Below are positions 8,025 through 16,603 of a stretch of DNA of 58,042 nucleotides, in pieces. Origin of the DNA: an uncultured Gemmatimonadales bacterium (GTDB lineage: Bacteria > Pseudomonadota > Gammaproteobacteria > Pseudomonadales > IMCC2047). Each line of letters starts with the position of its first letter. Within the stretch, counting starts at the first letter, position 1. The DNA is taken from the NCBI GenBank assembly GCA_964195105.1, contig CAXMOT010000106.1, forward strand, positions 1 through 58,042, written 5' to 3'. The notes under the pieces are model-generated. The model made no database searches and was not told the origin of the DNA. It worked only from the letters and a program-made list of their open reading frames with translations. The translations under genes and the position numbers were made by a program.

Positions 8025-10796
8025 ATGATATCAACGATTAAAACCAGGTGTTTCATCGCCTGGCTCGTGATTTTCCTGAACCTGTCGCAGGTAATGGCAG
8101 ATGAACGGCCGCGCGAGTTTGATATCCCGTCCCAGGCGCTTGACGTTGCCTTGTTGATATTTTCGATCCAGGCTGACCTGGATGTCGTTGGCATGACTAC
8201 GGCTCTGCGTCCGCTTGTATCACCCGAACTGCACGGCTCCTATACCAACATCCAGGCCCTCGAAATATTGCTCGCAGACAGCGGGCTTGAATATCGCTTT
8301 TCCGGGCCGCAGCAAATCGCTATTTTTGTACCCGAAGTCGTCACCCCGGAGATTGTCGAACAGCCGGAATCGATTCCGTTTCTGGAAGAGGTAATTGTGC
8401 GTGCGACTCGACGTCCAACCAACCTGCAGGATACCCCTATCTCGGTTACCGCGTTCAGCCAGGCTCAGTTGGATCGGAATCTGGTGAAAGATTTACGAGA
8501 TATCACGGATATGGTACCGAGCCTGGAATTGACTAATAGCGGGTCCCAGTCGGCAGTACTAGTGCAGTTGCGGGGTGTCGGCTCGACTAATATTACCGAG
8601 ATTGCCGATGGGCCGGTGGCAATACACGTCGATGGCGTATATTCGCCAAGATCACAGGGCGCGGCAGCATTACTCTATGATGTCGAACATGTGGAGGTAT
8701 TACGAGGACCGCAAGGCACCTTATTCGGGCGTAATTCTTCGGCGGGAAGCATTAACATATACAACAATATGCCGCAGCTTGACGCCTTCTCAGCAGCGTT
8801 AAACGCCAATCTCGGCGACTTCGATCACAGGTCAATTCGAGGCTCAGTAAATCTCCCATTCGACGACCAGTTTGCCCTTCGCATAGCCGGCGCGCTTGAC
8901 AGGCATGATGGTTATACCGAGCTATTGGATAACTATGTGGGGCTGGGGCCGCAATACCCGGCTATTGGTGATCAACTAACGGATTATCAACAGGCCCTGG
9001 ACGTTAACAATCAGGGTCCGGAGGCAAACGACCAGACGGGTGTTCGTGTGACCGCATTATGGCAACCCTTTGACCAGCTGCGGATTCACACGACAGCAGA
9101 GCGATATATCGACAAAAGCACCAGCGTGGTAGAGCTCGATCCGACGCTCGTGGAGCGTGGGCAACGAGCGACGGTTTTGGATAGCCCGGTGTTTATGGAT
9201 TTAACCAATGATGTGCTGAGAACGCAGGTTGATTATCTGGCCACTAACGGAGTTGGGTTTCGTTATCTGCTTGGCGTATCTGAAATGAGTCGCAGCCAAT
9301 CCTTTGATGCTGACTTTGGTCGGGATGGCAGCTTTGAACAACAGCGCACCCATAGCTCGGAATTCGATTTTTATTCCCATGAAATCCAGCTCCGCAGCAG
9401 GGATAATGCGCGCTTGACCTGGATCGTAGGCGGTTATGCTTCCCGGGAAAGAAACCGGATTGTATTCGCGGTCGACCAACAGAATACCGGTGGAAACCGA
9501 TCGCCGGAAGGCGCGACGAGTTTTATCAGCGACGATCCGGGAGCGGCGGTTTCGTTTGCAGTACAACCCGATCGCCGGGTGGATTCGCTCGGCATTTTTG
9601 CGCAGTCGATATACGCGATAAACGACCGCAGCCGCGCGACACTGGGTATAAGGTATACCGAGGATACTAAATCTGATCGAGGCGGCCGGGCATTAAATTG
9701 CAGGGTTACGTCCGTTCTTGGGCCCTATCTCGAACCGGGTTCGATTGGTCCGGGAGCCCCGGATCCAGACCAGGTTTTTGCCGACGCAGGCGCTAGCGCC
9801 GCGATTGCAGCGGGATTGCCCTATGATGGTGGTACCAATGAGGGGATTGGAGACCAACCGTGCTGGGCACGTCAGGTGAATGATTTTAAGAAGACCTGGG
9901 ACAACACCAGCGGCCTGATTCGTTATGACATGGACCTGGGCAAGGATGCAATGTTTTATGCGTCACTGGCTACGGGTTTTAAGTCAGGTCATATACAAGA
10001 TGCGGGCAACTCAGCAGACCCGGAGACTGTTATTAACTACGAACTGGGCCTTAAGTCGCAATTGTTTGAAAATACTATGCGTTTTAATTTGGCGGCGTAT
10101 CACGCGGACTATGATGACTTGCAGTTTTCCCAAGAGGATAGATTCGACACTGACGGCGACGGGATAGGGGACCAGGGCGGTAGTACTGTGGTACGCAACG
10201 CCAGCAAAGCGACAATCAGGGGGCTGGAACTGGAGCTTGAATGGGCCATGACCGAGCGTGACCGGTTGCAGGTAGTGGGAACACTAATGGCAGCGGAATT
10301 TGATGATTTCGAAATACCTGATACGGTTTTCGGGGACTTGTTTAATCCCTTTGTTTCGCCCGAGTCTTCATCGAACCTGGACCCTGTGGATTTGTCAGGT
10401 AATGCTCCGCCCAGAACACCTGATTGGAAGTTTACATTTTCCTATGAACATGATTTTGTGTTTTCTTCGCTAACGCTAACGCCACGAGCGCGAGTCACCT
10501 TCTCCGACGAGTACTTTCTGGATATTTATAACCGTACCGATCTGGAAGCTGACGTCTTTGCTGACATTCCTAATGGTGGGCAGGACCTGGCTCTGCAGGA
10601 TTCCTACCATACCCTGGACCTGAGTCTGCGGCTCACACCACGATCCAGGCGCTGGCTATTGGAGGGTTATATCAGCAACGCCACGGATGAAACGGTTAAG
10701 GAATCTTCGGGCAACTTTGTTACCGAGAATGGTTTCGTGGCGGTTTATTCCCCACCTCGGCGGATGGGATTGAAACTCAGCTACCGTACGCCCTAG
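8025..10796 (+). CDS. TonB-dependent receptor with N-terminal STN signalling domain (TonB-dependent transducer)
   Basis: Signal peptide from ATG 8025 (MISTIKTRCFIAWLVIFLNLSQVMA). STN-type extension (FDIPSQALDVALLIFSIQADLDVVG...LEILLADSGLEYRF), plug motifs (EEVIVRATRR...DTPISVT...VEVLRGPQGTLFGRNSSAGSINI) and a long barrel follow. The track ORF begins at an upstream TTG (7974). The C-terminus ends ...LKLSYRTP, and its stop codon lies inside a MITE end. Confidence 0.9.
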   Translation: MISTIKTRCFIAWLVIFLNLSQVMADERPREFDIPSQALDVALLIFSIQADLDVVGMTTALRPLVSPELHGSYTNIQALEILLADSGLEYRFSGPQQIAIFVPEVVTPEIVEQPESIPFLEEVIVRATRRPTNLQDTPISVTAFSQAQLDRNLVKDLRDITDMVPSLELTNSGSQSAVLVQLRGVGSTNITEIADGPVAIHVDGVYSPRSQGAAALLYDVEHVEVLRGPQGTLFGRNSSAGSINIYNNMPQLDAFSAALNANLGDFDHRSIRGSVNLPFDDQFALRIAGALDRHDGYTELLDNYVGLGPQYPAIGDQLTDYQQALDVNNQGPEANDQTGVRVTALWQPFDQLRIHTTAERYIDKSTSVVELDPTLVERGQRATVLDSPVFMDLTNDVLRTQVDYLATNGVGFRYLLGVSEMSRSQSFDADFGRDGSFEQQRTHSSEFDFYSHEIQLRSRDNARLTWIVGGYASRERNRIVFAVDQQNTGGNRSPEGATSFISDDPGAAVSFAVQPDRRVDSLGIFAQSIYAINDRSRATLGIRYTEDTKSDRGGRALNCRVTSVLGPYLEPGSIGPGAPDPDQVFADAGASAAIAAGLPYDGGTNEGIGDQPCWARQVNDFKKTWDNTSGLIRYDMDLGKDAMFYASLATGFKSGHIQDAGNSADPETVINYELGLKSQLFENTMRFNLAAYHADYDDLQFSQEDRFDTDGDGIGDQGGSTVVRNASKATIRGLELELEWAMTERDRLQVVGTLMAAEFDDFEIPDTVFGDLFNPFVSPESSSNLDPVDLSGNAPPRTPDWKFTFSYEHDFVFSSLTLTPRARVTFSDEYFLDIYNRTDLEADVFADIPNGGQDLALQDSYHTLDLSLRLTPRSRRWLLEGYISNATDETVKESSGNFVTENGFVAVYSPPRRMGLKLSYRTP

Positions 10797-10971
10797 GAGC
10801 CTGTCGGGATTAGGTGATCGTAACGAGGGGAAGTCCGATTTGAGGCAGATTATTCGATTATTGAGGCGAATAGCCTGCTATTTAACGAGAATAATCGAAA
10901 AATCTGACCCCCCTCTATCACGAGAGCGGCTTTTCTGCAGTAGATTAACCCTAAATCCGACAGGCTCCCAG
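10793..10971. mobile_element. MITE-like 179-bp palindromic repeat, copy 1
   Basis: About 87% identical by eye to the reverse complement of 50261-50439. Terminal inverted repeats are CTAGGAGCCTGTCGG... at the left and ...CCGACAGGCTCCCAG at the right. The two halves are imperfectly self-complementary along the whole length. No ORF. Confidence 0.8.
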
Positions 10972-11213
10972 ATCAGGGCAAGGGCCTCATTCCGTGTTAC
11001 GCCAGATATAATCGTGGCAAAACAAAGCAAAGCTATCAGCCGAAGACCGGGCTCACTAATTGCCGATTTCGCAAGCAATTGCCGACTAGCACTGCTCGCT
11101 AGCAACGGGTAACCGATAGCGCACAATCTTGTCGTATAATTCCCGCGTTTGTGACTTGTATATAGCGCGATGATAACAGACAATACCGGCCTGTTTTATA
11201 CCGCCCGAGTTAT

Positions 11214-11325
11214 GGTGACTCTCGCCGGTCCCCTCGCAATGATTCGTTGTGAACTCCGCCAGGCCTGGAAGGGAGCAACGGTAACAATTGAATTGTGTGC
11301 CGGGGTGTGGCTGGTGGGAGTTGCC
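11214..11325 (+). ncRNA. ffs: signal recognition particle RNA (4.5S RNA)
   Basis: CCGCCAGGCCTGGAAGGGAGCAACGGTAA...GTGTGCCGGGGTGTGGCTGGTGGGAG matches the E. coli 4.5S domain IV pattern (CCAGGUCAGGUCCGGAAGGAAGCAGCC...GUGUGCCGGGAUGUAGCUGGCAGGG). The 5' GGTGACTCTC pairs with the 3' GGGAGTTGCC. The position directly upstream of dnaX is the common arrangement. Confidence 0.85.
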
Positions 11326-11442
11326 TCCATTCGACAGCGGAAATTTCGCTGGTTAACTTCCGCCGTAACGGCTAGCATATCAGCCTGTCTTTTAGCCGAT
11401 CTGTTATACAAAACTTAGCCTTTATAAACGTAGCTCTTATAG

Positions 11443-13401
11443 ATGCAGTATCAAGTACTCGCCCGTAAGTGGCGTCCCCGCAATTTTGAACAGCTTGTTG
11501 GCCAGGAACACGTGCTCAAGGCACTGGTGAATGGACTCAACCAGGATCGTTTGCATCATGCATACCTGTTCACCGGCACGCGTGGCGTCGGCAAGACAAC
11601 CATTGCCCGGATTCTTGCCAAGTGCCTGAATTGCGAGGAGGGCGTGAGTTCTGTGCCCTGCGACGTGTGTCCATCCTGTACGGAAATAAACGAGGGGCGC
11701 TGTGTCGACCTGATCGAAGTTGATGCGGCGTCACGTACCAAGGTGGAAGATACCCGCGAACTGCTCGATAATGTGCAGTATGCGCCGACCCGTTGTCGCT
11801 ACAAGATCTACCTGATCGATGAAGTACACATGTTATCGAATCACAGCTTCAATGCGTTGCTGAAGACGCTTGAAGAGCCGCCACCGCACATCAAGTTCCT
11901 GTTAGCGACCACCGATCCGCAGAAATTGCCCGTTACTATTTTATCGCGGTGCCTGCAGTTCAACCTCAAAAACCTTCCGCCCGATCTCATCGTGGAGCAC
12001 CTGCGCCATGTGCTTGGCGAAGAAAGCGTGCCCTTTGATGACGCAGCCTTATGGCAGTTGGGGCGGGCAGCCGACGGCAGCATGCGGGATGCCTTGAGCC
12101 TTGCCGACCAGGGCATTGCCTACGGCCAAAATGAACTGCGTGCCGATGATGTTAGCAGTATGCTGGGAACCATTGATCGGGCCAGGATCTATCGGGTGCT
12201 GGACGCGCTGTGCACCGCAAATGCGGAACAGGTCCTGAATGAGGTCGAGGCGCTGTCGGAGTTTTCACCCGACTATCCGGCGTTGCTGGACGAGTTGATC
12301 TCCGTGTTACATCGCGTCTGTGTAGTGCAGGCTGTACCGGGTTCGCTTGATAATAATATCGATGCCAGCGAGCGCATCCAGGATTTCGCGGCGCGGCTAT
12401 CCGCCGAGGATCTGCAACTCTACTACCAGATCGCATTGATCGGGCGTCGAGACCTGCCATTGAATCCCGATCCCCGCGCGGGCCTGGAGATGGTGTTGCT
12501 GCGGATGCTGGCCTTCCAGCCGACCATCGGTGCGCCGGCGCTGCCTAAAAAAAAACAGCGTTTAACGCCGACGCCTAGCGCGCAACCCGATGCTGCAGCA
12601 TCTGGGGCTAAACCCGAAGTGCCGGCCGAGACCACAGCCGAAGCACCCGAGACGGTAGCGTCCACGCCACAAATCAGACCGGTCACACTCGAACCAGCCC
12701 CGGAGCCCGCCGAACGGGCACAACTGACGGTAGCCCAAAGGGTAGAGGTGGCGCCGGAGCCGACATCACCCGCGCCCGGAATGAACCCAAAACCGAACCC
12801 GGCCCCCGACGCGAGAACCCAGGCTCGGGCAAAGCTCGGCCTGGTGGTCGATAACCAGCCCAGGCGACGTCCGCCAGAACCTGCGCGGGAAAGTTCGTTT
12901 CAACCCCGGACGGAAGCCGAGGTGGCTCCCGGATCCATAGCCGAACCCGATGTCGCGACGCCGGAGCCGGTCGATCCGCCTAAAGTCACGGGCGCGCTTG
13001 CGGATATCAAGTGTAACCAGGATTGGATTGGGCTTGTGCAGGCGCTGGCGGTGCGGGGCATGACCAGGAATATCCTGGGTGAATGTGTGTTCTACTCCTG
13101 TGCCGATGGCTGCTTGAACCTGCTGATCGAACCGCAGTATATTGAACTGTTAACCCGAACCCATGAGGACCGGATTAACCACGCGCTGCTGGAGTATTTC
13201 GGTCGAGCAGTGAGGTTTGCGGTGAAGGCCGGGGAGCATGGGGTAGAGACCCCTGCAGCCTGGGGTAAGCGCATCCGCGAAGAACAGATCGCCGGGGCCC
13301 GCAAGGCATTGGAGAATGATCCGGTGGTGCAGCAGTTAATGACTCGGTTCGGGGCCAGGCTGGATGATGAGTCCATCGTTGCAATCAAGGATGAAGAATA
13401 G
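11443..13401 (+). CDS. dnaX: DNA polymerase III subunits gamma and tau
   Basis: MQYQVLARKWRPRNFEQLVGQEHV..., Walker A GTRGVGKTT, a Zn module CxxC...CxxC, a Pro/Ala/Glu-rich linker and a tau C-terminal domain. Confidence 0.97.
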   Translation: MQYQVLARKWRPRNFEQLVGQEHVLKALVNGLNQDRLHHAYLFTGTRGVGKTTIARILAKCLNCEEGVSSVPCDVCPSCTEINEGRCVDLIEVDAASRTKVEDTRELLDNVQYAPTRCRYKIYLIDEVHMLSNHSFNALLKTLEEPPPHIKFLLATTDPQKLPVTILSRCLQFNLKNLPPDLIVEHLRHVLGEESVPFDDAALWQLGRAADGSMRDALSLADQGIAYGQNELRADDVSSMLGTIDRARIYRVLDALCTANAEQVLNEVEALSEFSPDYPALLDELISVLHRVCVVQAVPGSLDNNIDASERIQDFAARLSAEDLQLYYQIALIGRRDLPLNPDPRAGLEMVLLRMLAFQPTIGAPALPKKKQRLTPTPSAQPDAAASGAKPEVPAETTAEAPETVASTPQIRPVTLEPAPEPAERAQLTVAQRVEVAPEPTSPAPGMNPKPNPAPDARTQARAKLGLVVDNQPRRRPPEPARESSFQPRTEAEVAPGSIAEPDVATPEPVDPPKVTGALADIKCNQDWIGLVQALAVRGMTRNILGECVFYSCADGCLNLLIEPQYIELLTRTHEDRINHALLEYFGRAVRFAVKAGEHGVETPAAWGKRIREEQIAGARKALENDPVVQQLMTRFGARLDDESIVAIKDEE

Positions 13402-13460
13402 AATTAAAGCATTATCAAATAGATATGAGCTATATCTAAACTGAATTCGAGGTTATTATC

Positions 13461-13784
13461 ATGAAAGGTGATTTGGGTAATTTAATGAAGCAGGCCCAGC
13501 AGATGCAGGAGCAAATGCAAAAAGCCCAGGAACAACTGGCCAATGCCGAAGTGATCGGGGAATCCGGTGCGGGGCTGGTCAAGATTACGATGACCGGGCG
13601 CCATGATGTGCGTCGCGTCGAGATTGATTCCGACCTGCTCGGCGAGGACAAAGAGATGCTGGAAGACCTGCTGGCCGCCGCAGTTAATGATGCGGTGCGC
13701 AAGGTCGAGGCCAGCAGCCAGGAACAAATGGCTAACATGACATCCGGTATGGGTTTGCCCGCCGGTTTCAAGATGCCGTTTTAG
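13461..13784 (+). CDS. ybaB: YbaB/EbfC family nucleoid-associated protein
   Basis: 107 aa reading [26 protein letters not shown]...[19 protein letters not shown], with conserved dnaX-ybaB-recR synteny. Confidence 0.95.
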   Translation: MKGDLGNLMKQAQQMQEQMQKAQEQLANAEVIGESGAGLVKITMTGRHDVRRVEIDSDLLGEDKEMLEDLLAAAVNDAVRKVEASSQEQMANMTSGMGLPAGFKMPF

Positions 13785-13789
13785 CCCGA

Positions 13790-14392
13790 GTGTCGTTTAG
13801 TCCGCTTATAGACCAGTTAATAGAGGCGTTACGCTGCCTCCCGGGGGTGGGTCCCAAATCCGCCCAGCGGATGGCCTTCCAACTCCTGGAGAGAAACAGG
13901 GATGGTGCGCTAACCCTGGCGCATATGCTCGAGACCGCCATGGAACATGTGCAGCGCTGCAATACCTGCCGTATTCTGTGTGAAGTCGATGAGTGCACAA
14001 TCTGTGCAAATCCGGGCCGTGATCGCTCCAAGATCTGTGTCGTTGAGTCGCCCGCCGATGTGTTGGCGCTGGAGCAGACCGCGTTATTCCGGGGCATTTA
14101 TTTTGTGCTGTCCGGGCACCTGTCGCCGATCGACGGCATTGGCCCCGGTGACATTGGCATCGACAGCCTGGTGGAGCGCGTTGCAAAGGAAGGCATTAGT
14201 GAGGTTATTATGGCGACCAACCCGACGGTTGAAGGCGAGGCGACGGCGCACTATATCGCCGATCAGATCAAAAACGATGCGGTCGTTGTTACTCGCATTG
14301 CCCACGGCGTGCCGTTGGGTGGTGAACTGGAGTATGTCGACGGTGGAACACTGGCTCATGCCCTTGAGGGGCGACGATCACTTGGTGGATAA
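13790..14392 (+). CDS. recR: recombination protein RecR
   Basis: [25 protein letters not shown] (HhH), a C4 zinc finger (CNTC...C..C) and a Toprim segment. Confidence 0.96.
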   Translation: MSFSPLIDQLIEALRCLPGVGPKSAQRMAFQLLERNRDGALTLAHMLETAMEHVQRCNTCRILCEVDECTICANPGRDRSKICVVESPADVLALEQTALFRGIYFVLSGHLSPIDGIGPGDIGIDSLVERVAKEGISEVIMATNPTVEGEATAHYIADQIKNDAVVVTRIAHGVPLGGELEYVDGGTLAHALEGRRSLGG

Positions 14393-14402
14393 GTAGAATA
14401 TT

Positions 14403-15548
14403 TTGACAGAAAGTTACGCTATACCCGCCTATACGGTTGTCGAAGAAGATGAATTGCTGGAACTGCTGGTAACCCAGTGGCAAGACCTGCGTGTTATTGC
14501 CCTCGATACCGAGTTTATCCGCACCAATACCTTCTATCCGCGTGCCGGGCTTATTCAGGTCGCGACCGAGGATGCGCGCTTCCTGATCGATCCGCTGGCC
14601 ATTCGTGATGTCGAGCCGCTCAAGGCGCTGCTGCAGAACCCGCAGATTATCAAGGTACTGCACTCCTGTTCAGAAGACCTGGAGATGTTCGACAGCTACC
14701 TGGGCATATTGCCGGAGCCGATTTTCGACACCCAACTCGCCGGAGCCTTCCTGAACCGGGGCTTGTCGGTGAGTTACAAGAATACCGTGCTGGAGATGTT
14801 CGGCGAGGACCTGCCCAAGGGTGAACAACGCTCCGATTGGTTGCAGCGCCCGTTAACCAATAACCAACTCGACTACGCCGTGCTGGACGTTGAATTTCTG
14901 CTCGATATCTATGTAGAGCAGCGCACCGCACTGGAGGAATCCGGCAAGCTGGGCTGGCTTGAAGAGGAATGTAAGCGGTTGCTGGCGAAGCAGCGCGCCG
15001 GCGTGGTGCCCAGCGAGGCCTATGCCCGCGTCAAGTCCGCGTGGCGTCTTAAACCGCAGCAACTCAGCGTGTTACAACGCCTGGCGCAATGGCGTGAACA
15101 GGAGGCGAAGCACAGCGATATGCCGCGAGGATTTCTGTTGCGGGATCCCGCGTTGATGCAGATATCACAGCAGCAGCCGGATTCGATTGCGGACCTGAAA
15201 CTGGTGGAGGGCATTCACCCCAGGATTATTCGCAAATACGGCGACCGGATTTTGAGCCTGGTCGAGCAGGACAATGCTGAAGAACTGTTCAGCGAGCTGC
15301 GTGGTCCCTTATCGCGTTCCCTGGGTGAGCATGTGAAAACCATCAAGAGCTGGATTAACGCACAGGCTGCGAAGATGGATATTTCCCCGGAACTGATGAT
15401 AAATCGCAAGGGTATTGAGACGCTGGTGTATAGCCTGGTTGAATCCGATGAGTTTGAGTTGCCGGCGGACATGAGCCTGTGGAAGCAACAGGCGTTTGGC
15501 AACGAGTTACTCGAACTACTCAACGGCATAAAGGAGCGATTGGTGTAG
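14403..15548 (+). CDS. rnd: ribonuclease D
   Basis: DEDDy 3'-5' exonuclease motifs (IALDTEF...LHSCSEDLE...YAVLDVEFL) followed by an HRDC-like region. TTG start. Confidence 0.9.
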   Translation: MTESYAIPAYTVVEEDELLELLVTQWQDLRVIALDTEFIRTNTFYPRAGLIQVATEDARFLIDPLAIRDVEPLKALLQNPQIIKVLHSCSEDLEMFDSYLGILPEPIFDTQLAGAFLNRGLSVSYKNTVLEMFGEDLPKGEQRSDWLQRPLTNNQLDYAVLDVEFLLDIYVEQRTALEESGKLGWLEEECKRLLAKQRAGVVPSEAYARVKSAWRLKPQQLSVLQRLAQWREQEAKHSDMPRGFLLRDPALMQISQQQPDSIADLKLVEGIHPRIIRKYGDRILSLVEQDNAEELFSELRGPLSRSLGEHVKTIKSWINAQAAKMDISPELMINRKGIETLVYSLVESDEFELPADMSLWKQQAFGNELLELLNGIKERLV

Positions 15549-15803
15549 TATCCTGTATAAAATGCGCATATCAGCAGGTCGTCAAGCGGTTAGCTGGTAG
15601 GCGCGCTTGCGCAGGAATAGTCAACTCTTTCAAGCCGGCGCAACACCGCAGATGACCGCTTGCCGGCCTGCCCGAAGGGAGTCTCTTAAATTTGCCATGG
15701 CGGTGTTGCAGCCCTTGCCAAGGGAGCGACCATTGCCTGCGGACTGCGTCTTGCCATGACAAATTTATGAGACTCTGAAATGCGTATTTTATACAGGACA
15801 CTA
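15549..15803. repeat. structured intergenic element, copy A (candidate ncRNA or structured mobile element)
   Basis: Fills the whole rnd-ycgL spacer. A 24-bp closing helix pairs 15551-15574 with 15775-15798. An inner 22-bp helix pairs 15679-15700 with 15754-15775 and encloses a core (15711-15760) that is 39/47 identical to 39926-39976. Other helices covary with copy B. Confidence 0.8.
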
Positions 15804-15808
15804 CACTC

Positions 15809-16111
15809 ATGATTTGCGACATCTATAAAAGCCCGCGCAAGGAGCAGATGTACCTCTATGTCGAGACAGTCCGCGCACTGGCCGATGTGCCTGAGGCACT
15901 GCTTGAATCCTTTGGCGAACCGGAGTTTGTCATGAGGCTGATGCTCAAGCCGGGAACCAAACTTGCCCGGGTTGAGCGCGACGAGGTTGAGCGCCTGATA
16001 CTCGAGCAGGGCTACTTCCTGCAGATGCCCCCGGCCAGCAACGCTTTCGTGGCGCGTCATGGTCAGGAGAATAATAACCAGATCTATAGTGACCGGGTCA
16101 ATAATGACTAA
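15809..16111 (+). CDS. ycgL: YcgL domain-containing protein
   Basis: MICDIYKSPRKEQMYLYVE...FLQMPP is the typical YcgL (DUF709) pattern. It lies next to rnd and ycgN, as in other gammaproteobacteria. Confidence 0.85.
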   Translation: MICDIYKSPRKEQMYLYVETVRALADVPEALLESFGEPEFVMRLMLKPGTKLARVERDEVERLILEQGYFLQMPPASNAFVARHGQENNNQIYSDRVNND

Positions 16112-16117
16112 CCAGCG

Positions 16118-16564
16118 ATGAGCGAGCAGCCGTTTTGGAAAGTTAAAGCACTCGATGAGCTCAGCACCGAGCAATGGGAAGCCTTGTGCGACGGTTGTGG
16201 TCGTTGCTGCCTGGAAAAACTGGAAGACGAGGATACGGGTGAGATTCATTATACCAACCTGTCCTGTCGGTTGCTGGACACCGAGCAGTGTCGCTGCTCG
16301 GATTACCCTAATCGCACTGCAGTGGTAGACACGTGCATGCAGTTAACCGCCGCTAACGTGGCTGACTGCAACTGGTTGCCCGACTCCTGTGCGTATCGAT
16401 TGTTGGCGGCGGGCAAGGACCTGCACTGGTGGCACCCGCTGGTAAGCGGTACGCGGACCAGTGTCCATGAGGCTGGAATTTCGGTGCGCGGCAAATGCAT
16501 GTCCGAAGAGTATTTTAATCCCGAGCAATTCGAAGACCATGTGATTCGCTGGGTGGAGAGCTAG
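16118..16564 (+). CDS. ycgN: YcgN family cysteine-cluster protein (UPF0260)
   Basis: FWKVKALDELSTEQWEALCDGCGRCCLEKLEDEDTGEIHYTNLSCRLLD...CRCSDYPNR. Confidence 0.88.
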   Translation: MSEQPFWKVKALDELSTEQWEALCDGCGRCCLEKLEDEDTGEIHYTNLSCRLLDTEQCRCSDYPNRTAVVDTCMQLTAANVADCNWLPDSCAYRLLAAGKDLHWWHPLVSGTRTSVHEAGISVRGKCMSEEYFNPEQFEDHVIRWVES

Positions 16565-16603
16565 GGCACCTCTGAATAACGACTCCCTGGCAGGTTGTAC
16601 ACC

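Noticed and set aside
10840-11183. 90-aa plus-strand and 101-aa minus-strand ORFs
   Set aside because: Both read through the MITE-like repeat and the adjacent non-coding DNA. The same repeat elsewhere (50261-50439) does not maintain these frames.
11170-11418. 82-aa plus-strand and 71-aa minus-strand ORFs upstream of dnaX
   Set aside because: Both overlap the SRP RNA (ffs) sequence at 11214-11325. The RNA assignment explains the conservation-like pattern, and neither ORF has coding features.
15571-15822. Minus-strand peptide similarity between the two structured elements (SWQDAVRRQWSLPWQ versus SWQGAVRRQWPFPWQ)
   Set aside because: The similarity covers only the ~45-nt indel-free conserved core. 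Outside it the frames diverge. One ORF starts inside ycgL and the other runs antisense into the peroxiredoxin gene. The plus-strand mini-ORFs starting at the CCATGG are in different frames in the two copies. Nucleotide-level or structural conservation is the simpler explanation.
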